This document shows, piece after piece, positions 24,541-34,109 of a DNA stretch of 64,000 nucleotides (positions within the stretch are counted from its first letter, which is position 1; each line of letters starts with the position of its first letter). The notes beneath the pieces are model-generated. The model was not told the DNA's origin, did no database searches, and saw only the letters and a program-made list of their open reading frames with translations. Position numbers and translations under genes: made by a program. The stretch comes from Catajapyx aquilonaris (lineage: Eukaryota). The DNA is taken from positions 1 through 64,000 of the forward strand of contig KZ537976.1 of the NCBI GenBank assembly GCA_000934665.2. Reading direction: 5' to 3'.

Positions 24541-25159
24541 GTATATTGGAAGCTACCTGGCTTCCACCAATTGTTCTCTAAGTTCAAATTACAATTGTTG
24601 ATCAATTTTTATTATCCCAGTACATGCTCAGCAATCTTGCAATTTTTAGTAGTTAGTAGAAGGAATTTTGACCAAAAGTCACAATGGTCTTGATGAGTAA
24701 TTAATCATTACATTTTTATTAATTTTGATAATGTTTAAATGGTAAAATATTTGTAAATGACAAGCCTCTTTTCGCTGATTCGCTACATCACAAACACACA
24801 TTCATCACAGTAGACTAGCCTGTCACAATTCAGTAGCCACCGTCTGTGGAAGAATGTGTGGCAAGTACTTATCTACACTAGTTCTAATCATTACAGTTTA
24901 GTAATTGAGTAGTGCATCACGGACCAGTATAATTATTTTTCCTAGCCCTTGCTCACAACAAATGACATTAATATTTGTGAAAATCAGCACTTTTTGATTC
25001 GAAACTTTTTTTGAGTAGAGCAATGTTTTTTCTCGGACTCACCCTCCAACTGCCCGCCCCTGTGGTTGGAAACACTAGAAACTGTTGATAATTAACGACT
25101 CACATGTATCCTCTTTTTTCTCCCTCCCTATTATTTGATATCGTGACCTGTGGTAACAG

Positions 25160-25222
25160 GCTCGCCAGCGAGAAGATGAGTTCAAAGAGAGCATTAAGAG
25201 TATTACCTCTCGGTTGAAGCAG
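25160..25222 (+). CDS. Tm1: Tropomyosin alternative exon 7a (divergent third variant)
   Basis: ARQREDEFKESIKSITSRLKQ; 63 nt; aacag / gtaatg. Confidence 0.85.
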
Positions 25223-25674
25223 GTAATGATACCTGCATCCAAATGCCGCAATTTTTGCCTGGCAACACTAACTCTGGACGGCTTAAAGGCCACCTATCGC
25301 CATTAAGCGTGTGGCCAATTTTTGTGGTTCCGTCTGGACGTCATTTTTTTTCATTTTTCCTACCTTGGACCCTACCCACATCCTCGCGTTGATATGCTGG
25401 AGACAGCAGTTTGCATGACACTAAAGCATGACAATCTAGACCGGGTGGAGTTGCCTCTAGAAAGTATGTGGATGGGGAGCTATTTGGATCTCAAAAAGGT
25501 GATGAAGTTCCTCTAGCGTTTGAGTTCAAAGATGGAAAAATTTGGATAGGAAAACTCCACCTTGTCTCTTCCACACTAAAACACTCAATCACATCGCAAG
25601 AGGCTTCATGGGCATATCATACACTGCTGCGGAACTCTTGTCCCAATTAACCCCGAGGTATTCTTGAATCCCAG

Positions 25675-25737
25675 GCCAACCAGCGTGAGGAAGAGTACAA
25701 GACTCAGATCAAGACCATGACTTCCCGGCTCAAGGAG
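25675..25737 (+). CDS. Tm1: Tropomyosin alternative exon 7b (muscle type)
   Basis: ANQREEEYKTQIKTMTSRLKE; 63 nt; cccag / gtaaaa. Confidence 0.95.
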
Positions 25738-25945
25738 GTAAAACCCAGACGCAGGGAATGGTTCTGGTGGTGTAGTCGTGCTTTTTTTATTTGCACACAG
25801 AATTTCGGCATTCCTGAGCGATCGAGGCTGTGTCATGTCCCTCCAAACCCTTTGCCCCAAACCCAGTTTGTTAGGATCTGTGTTTTTAATTTTGTTTATT
25901 TAGAGTAGATGTATGATCCATCCCTTTTGTGTTAATTTCTTTTAG

Positions 25946-26008
25946 GCCACACAAAGGGAGGAGACTTTTGAGGAGCAGATCAAGGGTCTTTCTACTAGAC
26001 TCAAGGAG
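25946..26008 (+). CDS. Tm1: Tropomyosin alternative exon 7c (cytoplasmic type)
   Basis: ATQREETFEEQIKGLSTRLKE; 63 nt; ttttag / gtaaat. Confidence 0.93.
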
Positions 26009-26979
26009 GTAAATTGCGAATTTTCAAAAAATATTGGAATTGCCTTCATTAAAATAGGCATTCAATTTGGGCTTTTTATAGGTGGAAGCTTTTGGGTTGA
26101 GGGGCAAATACTTGTGCTCTTGTCTACGCTATTGGGAGACTGTCTCCTCCCTACTTTGTCTTTCTTTTCAGTCTTCTCATTCCTTGGTGCACATTCCTGT
26201 ACAACATAGGTTCCTCCAGACCATTTTTTGTTCTCTTTCCTCCTCCCTGCCTGTTCTTGTCTTTTTTAGTTGTTCTGTTGGGTCCGCCCCAGCTAATCTC
26301 TGCTTCCATTAACCCCACCTCTGTGCCCTGTATTCCGGATCAATTGTTGTGAAAGGAGAGAGAGCGAGGCTTGTGTGATTGGGGGAATGCAAGAATCCTG
26401 TCGCATCAACTCAATTCCTCCAGTTTGTTGTACATGAGTAGTGTAGTTAGTGTAACTGGAATTGAGTTGGCGTCTAAGTAGTAGTGTATATTTTTTTTGG
26501 ATCCTGGTAGCAGATGTAGCAGGTACAGTGTAGGCTTTTTCTGGAAGTCGGTGGTGGTGTGCAAAACCGAGTGAAATTTCCAATTACTTTAGAGCTTGCA
26601 CTAAAACTCTTGATGGGAGGGCTAGCCTTTAATTTGAGCGTCTTAGCATGTTCTCAACATATTACAGCATGTGGGATTTTTTTCTCTTTTTTATTTTAAT
26701 TTTTTACATAATTGACGTACCATTAATGGTGCATGAATTTGGTGAATTGGCTGTTCGCATTTTTTGGGGATACATTTTACAACTGGATATGCTATGTGGT
26801 GCTCTCAGGTGAGATATCCAGTTGTTGATGTGTCGTCTTGATGTAACTTGTGTTAGTTACAATGCCATGAATTTGATGAAATTTTGCTAATGGGGGTTAG
26901 TACGAGACTGAGAACTCACGTGCCTGATGTATAATGGAGACATTTCTCCCCCCCCCTCGTTCCTCCAATTCCTACATAG

Positions 26980-27049
26980 GCTGAGGCCCGTGCTGAGTTT
27001 GCTGAGAGATCCGTGCAGAAACTCCAGAAGGAGGTTGACAGACTTGAAG
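26980..27049 (+). CDS. Tm1: Tropomyosin common exon 8
   Basis: [23 protein letters not shown]; 70 nt; catag / gtaaga. Confidence 0.97.
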
Positions 27050-27725
27050 GTAAGATCCTTTTATATAGTCAATTCAATTTTTTCAACAGAATTATTCACA
27101 TATTTGCTGTCATCATGATTGTAAGTTACGATCAACTCTATATTTTCGTCGTGTTGATGATGGAGAGGAAAGGGACCTAATTCCATAGGTTGCTTAGAAC
27201 TAATTTGTTCTCCTTGGCCCCTAAAGAGTAGTAGTTGCACATTTGTTTATTAGCAAATCAAAACAGCGACTGTTTCGCCTTCAAAACGGCGGCAGTGGAT
27301 GTTTCACCTGCAATCACCCCTTTTTTTGCCATAGATCAACTTTGATTTTCTGTATTGGGGCCCCCCTGGAATTTTCATTTTGACTTTTTCAGAGTTGCAT
27401 GCGACTTGAGACAAGTCGCATGTCTACTGCTTCCTGATTTTTTCTTATATCTTCAATTTTTCTGTTCCCTGTATACATTTTGCGTTGTAGTTCCGTGTAG
27501 TGTCCATGTCCCTGTAACGTCCTGTCTTAGTAACACATACAAGTACTGCACTTTTCACCTCTTTGTAAGAAAAGTATTGGGGAGGGAATGGCCCTGGATC
27601 ACTTATTTTGGATCTCAGGAGGTTAAACCTGCAGTACGAAGCACGAGGGATGAGTTTCCTCGCAGACCCGAAACTTTCCCAAAACCCCTTGTGACTAATA
27701 TGGCGTCCCGGCACTCTTCTTGCAG

Positions 27726-27808
27726 ATGATCTCCTTTCGGAGAAGGATAAGAGCAAGCTGTTACAGGAGGAGATGGAAGCCACTTTGCAGGATATCCAGA
27801 ACATGTAG
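27726..27808 (+). CDS. Tm1: Tropomyosin terminal exon 9a (cytoplasmic type)
   Basis: DDLLSEKDKSKLLQEEMEATLQDIQNM*; 83 coding nt after tcttgcag. Confidence 0.95.
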
Positions 27809-28743
27809 GAAAGTTGGGTTGGGGGAAACATTTTAGAAAAAGAGAAAAAAAAGAACGAAACTTAAATAGCAAAAATAAGAGGGATGAGAAGCCCCAGGTT
27901 TGATTCGGTACTCTTGCTTTGTATTTTAAAACTTTTCGTTTTGTGTTAGAGGGAGTGACGTGAGTTGAATGTGTTTATTTGTCGTTTGTTTTTTTGGATA
28001 CTATGACATTCCCCATATAATGCATGGTAGCATAAGTTACGATTTAATGTCCCTGTTTTTGACTGATTTTATTTTTGTAAGCATGTTCATCGTTGGCAGT
28101 ACTAGTTGCACCTCGTTATTGGTTAACCTGTTCGTTTGCTAGTTCTCAGGATTAATGAATTTAAAATTTTGTCACCTTGCATTCCGTATATGTTATGTCG
28201 TGAGGTCCAAAGTATATTGACCAGATGCCAATAATAGAATCAAAGTGCATTGTAGTTTTGTAGTGTGAGACTGGCAATTTGTCATGTTCCCATGTGAAGA
28301 GGCAATTATTTCAAGTATTTGTTAATCACTTCGTTCTGAGGTGAATAAGTTCTACAGCATCCAAAGTGATGTTTCGTGTGCTTGTGATTTATTTTGTTGT
28401 TCTGTGGAAGTTTTATTTGAGTTCAGGTATGAACACACTAACCTTAAACATATCTCAATTGTATTTCCATGATATTCACACACCAACACATTCCTGCCCT
28501 TTTTAAACATTTGTTTGTAAGCTAATTGCTTGGGAGAGCTGCCTGGCATGCATTTCTAATGTTTGATTCCATATTTTTTTTCCTAGTCATTGTCTCAAAC
28601 TTGGGGCTTAGAACTTCAGTCTTCGTCTTCTGCAAACGGACACGAATTGTCTGTGTTTTCTGGTGCTTCTATCTCCTACCTGGGATCAAGTTCTTTGTGT
28701 TGGGTACCTTTTAAGGTGGTGGGTTTTTCCCTATTCCTTGCAG

Positions 28744-28826
28744 ATGACGTTGTCATCGCGAAGGAGAAATACAAGGCCATCTGTGACGATCTGGATGTCA
28801 CGTTCTCTGAACTGACTGGCTATTAA
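28744..28826 (+). CDS. Tm1: Tropomyosin terminal exon 9b
   Basis: [27 protein letters not shown]; ccttgcag acceptor. Confidence 0.92.
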
Positions 28827-29319
28827 GAATTGGGTGTCGGGGGTTCTGTGTCTCTTTTTTCTTGTCTGTTCTTGTCCTTTCTTTACAATTGGCTGTCGGG
28901 AATTACGGTCAGTGTGGCGGTGTTGGTAGCATGAATTGAAAATATAGCTTGCAGTATGTTGGGAGAGCCATGCTGGTTACTAGTCCCCACAGCCAATGGC
29001 CTTCCTTACAACTTGTTTTGATTGGTCAGATCACACCAAATGCATTATTTATCATTTTTTTTTCATTCACCAATTAGTGACTGTAGTTAACTCATGCGCA
29101 TATATAGTCTTGTAATAACAGCCGTCTTTCATGTGTAAAAGCTAACTCCTTTGCTTCTGTTGGGTAGTGGCATTTTACAATAGTTGGGTAGCGTGGCTGC
29201 TAATTTGTTTTTGGCGCCGCCAATTGCAATGTCGACTCTTGAATTTTCTGAACTGTTTATGTGTCTGTCATCTGTACACCGGGAGATGCTGATCTGGAGT
29301 CTGTGTTAATTCCTTGCAG

Positions 29320-29402
29320 ACGAGTTGGTTCATGAGAAGGAGAAATACAAGGCGATCTCGGATGAACTGGATCAGACCTTCTCTGAGCTCACTGGCTACT
29401 AA
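29320..29402 (+). CDS. Tm1: Tropomyosin terminal exon 9c
   Basis: [33 protein letters not shown] at 29669. Confidence 0.95.
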
Positions 29403-29960
29403 AGCAATGGCTGACACAGAAAAAAATACATATGCGCAGAAAAAAAAAATGTATAAAGGCTGGGGGCTGGTTGGTGCTACTCGGCTCAGCTTCAAATTCG
29501 TCTCATGTCCCTGCTGCCTGCCTGCCTGCTTGCTACACATGCAACTGGTTCTTCCGCCTGGTTTCACATCTTTTCTTTTCGCCTGTTTCTTTTTGTTCCT
29601 TTTTACTGGAATGTAAAAACGCTGAACTTAACAGCCAGGATAGGATGGGTAGTCTCTGGATTCTTACAAATAAAAAACAAAAATTGTATGACTCACACGC
29701 ACACGTAGAGTTAAAATTAAGACGCTCAGCTGTTTTTATTTTTTCTTTACTACTGACGCTGTGATTGATCTGACAAAGAAAACATTAAAAAAAGAGAAAT
29801 TTGTAAAGAGGTGCAACTATTTTGGGGAAAACTTCAAAACCCTCCCAAGTTGTCAAAAAAATTTGCTTTTCTGTTAAGGTCTAGTTTTGTGCGCTGTGAA
29901 CAATATTTTATATGTCCCCGCCCCTCTCCTCCCCCCCCCTCGCCCTCCAAAGGCCCTGCC

Positions 29961-29961
29961 N
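29961..29961. other. Assembly gap (single N)
   Basis: N flanked on both sides by gccctgcc within a C-rich tract. Confidence 0.9.
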
Positions 29962-30062
29962 GCCCTGCCCCCGTCCCTCCCTGCCCTCCCCAAAGTACGC
30001 CCCCAAAGATCAGTGATTTCTGACACAAGTCTCATCGCCATACTCCCCCCTCCTTTTTGCAG

Positions 30063-30145
30063 ATGAATTGGTTCACGAGAAGGAGAAATACAAGTCTATT
30101 GCCGATGAGATGGATCAGACTTTTGCTGAATTGGCTGGCTACTAA
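30063..30145 (+). CDS. Tm1: Tropomyosin terminal exon 9d
   Basis: [27 protein letters not shown]; ttttgcag acceptor; AATAAA at 30507. Confidence 0.95.
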
Positions 30146-31668
30146 AAAAAAAAAAGCGTGCTCCATGCGGTTAACACTTTTTAGTGTCAGCGATCACGAC
30201 CTAAACACCGTCATGAAGCGAGATTTTTTTCTCTTATATATTTTTTTCCTTAAAATTTTTTTTAAATGCGACTTAATTTGCCAGATGCAGCTGCCTCGCG
30301 AGAGATTATAACATTATATCAGCATGACTTTTTTCTAAAGATGGGGTGACAGGTGTGGGGGGAGAGGGATGTGTAATTTTTCCTCGAGGCAACTGAATCT
30401 GGTGACTTGAAAGAAAGAATAACGATTTGAACGTGGGGAAATTGGTTGCCATTTATTTGAATAATTATTTGCTTGTTATATTATTATTGCCATCAATGGG
30501 TTACACAATAAAATGGGTGGACTGACTGATGAGGGTGTAGCCAATAATTTTTATGGTTCCATGCAGAGTTCTAATCCACTTGTACTATGCAAAAAATGGG
30601 ACAGGACTCTCCAAGTTTTTCATTATCTTTTTTGCATTATTTCGTTCCCCGCCAGTCTCTTTTTTGGCTAATGAATCTTGAATAGTTAAGGAGAGCAAAG
30701 TAGCGGCCCACCTCCAGAGTTTAGGAGAACACGCGTCAACTTTTCACATGTGCCGAATTTGATCCAGGTGTATTTTTACACAATTTTTTGTATGGTGTTC
30801 CATTGTTGCCATGTTTAACTGTGCACGGCTACGTTAGAGCACAAGAGAGGACCCATATCGCCGCTTGTTTCACCAGAGTAAAAAAAAGAGGGTTTTTCCA
30901 GCTTGAGTACTGTGGCTTGGGTTGTAATTATTATCGAGAAGTAGCAGCGAACGCAAAGAAGAGATTTAAAAAAAAAGAATAGCGGTAATTGTGTATAAAA
31001 TGGTTTCATACAGCCTTTTCTTATAATGATGATTGTACACTACAAACTATGACAGGTTTTTTGTGTTATTATAACTCTGAATTAAAAAAACGATGAAACT
31101 GGAGAAAACTTGACATTGGGTTGTCAATGCTTTATGACTTTGTTTATTATTATTATTTTTGACCCAGCATTAAAAAATGCAAATTAGACTTCCACTTTTG
31201 TTATAGTAAAAAAAAAAAGGGAAATGGCTTGTTGCTCATGGTAATGGCAATAGAGAGAAAAAAAATATTTCTGAAGAATTGGTTCGTTATTTACCTCCTG
31301 CATTTTTCATGCGCCATGGATGCATTTTCCTTGCACTTGCAGGACGGTTGATACATTTTCAGGCAATGGATTGTTGTACGTTACGTGCGACACCAACGGT
31401 GCGGCTGTATAACTGAGGACAGTGCTGAAAATTGGACGTGGTTGTTGCGGTAATGCTTCCTGCATCATAATTAATTGCTGTGTAATTAAAGCTGTGTGCA
31501 TAGCACATCCAATAGTCTAGTGGGAGATGCGCACACGCTGTGCAGCTTACCACAATTGATTACTCTTGCTAAACTAACGTTTTGGTTGAGGAAATTAATC
31601 CAATGCCTGAACAGTAGCTGTACTACCTAGGTACAGCAATTTTCTGACTGAATCAAACGTGCAGGTTA

Positions 31669-31771
31669 TAGGGATGGGTAACCAAAATCAAAAATCGATT
31701 GTAGGAGGGTCGATTCTGAAGATCGAATAATCGTTTTTTCGATTTAATCTATCTATATTTTCCCATCCCTA
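31669..31771. mobile_element. hAT-like MITE
   Basis: TIRs TAGGGATGGG / CCCATCCCTA with repeated internal (A)TCGAT motifs; no intact 8-bp TSD. Confidence 0.55.
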
Positions 31772-33023
31772 TTAAGTACAGGTATGATTAGCTGTACACA
31801 AGTTGGAGTAACACTTGTTGGGCTGGGAAACATACAGCCGCACATTGTAATGTGAAAGAAATGCATACGCCGCTGACCGCATTTGACTGAGCAAGCAGGC
31901 TGTACTTGCAGGTAAGTGTCTGGATCATGTCAGTACTTGTCTGGCTCTGGTGGATTGAGACGTCGCGTTGATAGTTGATAGTGTGACGCTCAGGTGTATA
32001 GATGAGCACAACAGGTGTCATAACACGAATTCTGATGCTGGGAAATAGTGGGCCGGGTTCGGATCCGGTTAGGCCCCGTGTGAATGGCCCCATCCGGTCA
32101 TATGTGGGTCACACGTGATGGGCCATGTGAGCAGGTTCCGGGTTAGTGGCATGTATGGAGGGGGTTCCCAAAAGGTGGAAGTGTGTCCATGGCAACTACA
32201 GTGTGTGCAGTGGGTGGTTGGGGGAGAGGGATTGGAGGAGGGGGAGGGGTGGTTTTCCCCCCCAATGTTTCGATCGGTGGTTCCTCCAGAGTCCGGAGCG
32301 CAGTCTCACTCATATCGACTCCGGCGCCTCGTCTGCCACCGTGTCTCTCTCCCCTTATTCGGGAGTCCCCCAACCCCCTCTTCCAAAATAGTTGTGGTGA
32401 CCTGACCTGCAACCCATCCAAATAATTCGGCAAGTGTGTGACAACAGAGGGGCCAAAAAGGGTCGGAGAATCGGTGCACGGAGATGGTCCGTGGAGGAGG
32501 AAGTGCGGACGATGGGCCCGAAATCAAGGCTCTTGACACAGGTCAGTATTGTCTTATTGAAGATGTGGGGGGTCAGAGGTCAGGGTGTCAGAAAGGGCAC
32601 GGCAGGTGGTTGTTGATGGGTTCGAAATGGCATCGTTTTTCTAGGGTCTGCTCCATGGCGCATGATCGGTGTCTGGTTGAATACTGTACCAGGCGTGCGT
32701 CACCAGTGCAACTTGAGGCTCTTGGTGCCCACGCGTTTTGCCAAAGAGAATATAATCAAAAAGGACCCGGGCCTTACTTGTGCATATTGTAAGGGCTGAC
32801 CTCTAATTAACCTTTAGCAAACACCTGCTCGCATGAACTCCTTGAATTATGGAGAGATCCAAGCGCCTCATGCTGCTCCAGAAACACTTCTTATCATATT
32901 GACAATGTGGGCAATGTTGGCATGTAATTATTTGTACAACATTGTACAAGAGGTACAGGCCTGGGAGGCTCTCCAATGGTGCAAATAGTTTTGAGGCAGG
33001 GATTACCTGCATTTGTGCATCTA

Positions 33024-33151
33024 CACTGTAAACCGCAAAACATTAAAAGTGCATCACTGGCGAGCATCAATTTTTAACGCTCTTGTGATGCTTTTTTGTT
33101 GCTAAAGTGATGCACCATTGATACTCTTTTAATATTTTGTGGTTTACAGTG
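33024..33151. mobile_element. MITE with CACTG...CAGTG termini, flanked by TA
   Basis: ~35-bp imperfect inverted arms cactgtaaaccgcaaaacattaaaag / cttttaatattttgtggtttacagtg. Flanks catcTA|...|TAgatg are consistent with a duplicated TA in a palindromic site. Confidence 0.7.
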
Positions 33152-33417
33152 TAGATGAAGTTGAAACTTGACTCCCATGCTACAGAAGACTTTTTGTTGC
33201 CTATGTGAATACCAGTTTAATGCTAATAATGTGCTGCTGCTATATGATTTGTTTAACACATTAGGGTTGTGTGTGATTGCATAACCAGCAGGATGTTCCC
33301 TGTTAGTCACTGGATGACGAAATGAAAATTTCCTTGCAATTATCAACTGACCAGAAACTATCAAAAACATCAGTCAAGCCTAAAATTAACTATACTAATG
33401 TTATAGTTACTACCTAC

Positions 33418-33686
33418 TACTCCCGATTATCCGGGCACCGCCAAAAAAATCGCATTAAAAGTTCGAAAAAAATGTCTATGTCTTGCAAACGAATAAATAT
33501 AAAAAAGACTTTTTCTATAGAAGACAAACTAAAAATATATGGTCTATTAAACCTTTAGTTAGAGCAACATACACTATATGATAATAAAACCTGCGAACAG
33601 CTCATTTTAGCGGTATCTAGGACCATTTTTTAATTATCTGTGTTTTCCAATTATCCGGCAGTCATTAGCTCGGATAATCGGGAGTA
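33418..33686 (+). mobile_element. pogo/Tigger-like non-autonomous DNA transposon remnant
   Basis: Perfect 16-bp inverted repeat tactcccgattatccg / cggataatcgggagta. Internal ATG 33472 gives MSMSCKRINIKKTFSIEDKLKIY, resembling the Tigger/CENP-B N-terminal helix-turn-helix start. Confidence 0.65.
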
Positions 33687-34064
33687 CAGTGCATTAGCAC
33701 CAAGTTAATAATTGTGTTAATAAGCGTTAATAAATTTCGTCAGTAGAAACTTCCTGTAGGCCTAAGCAGAACTTAATGCAGTGCCTTCAGTATAGTGAAA
33801 CTAGTCCCTCTTCGAGCCCTTTATTGAGCTTAATTCAGGCATACCCTTGCACGTATGATCTGCAAGTACGATCATTATCTTTCCAAATAATGGCCTAGAA
33901 GTTCCGCGAAAAAATGGGTAAGATTGACCTGATGGCATTTCATGATTTTTTGATGATTATGATCCACCCCATGCAAAGAGAGTCCCCGCTCATGTAATTG
34001 ATAGCATTTTTTTTTTGTTCTGGTATACACAAGCGGCTAAAGGGGTTACGTGTCTGGCCTTGCA

Positions 34065-34066
<2 letters not shown>

Positions 34067-34102
<36 letters not shown>
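34067..34102. repeat. (GA)18 microsatellite
   Basis: Perfect dinucleotide run. Confidence 0.97.

Positions 34103-34109
<7 letters not shown>

Noticed and set aside
30144..30155. Poly-A after the 9d stop suggesting a retrocopy
   Set aside because: The exon has a normal intron acceptor and no fused upstream exons; it is a short genomic A-run.
32051..32080. tRNA T-arm/B-box-like ccgggttcggatccgg
   Set aside because: No acceptor stem, D-arm or anticodon arm.
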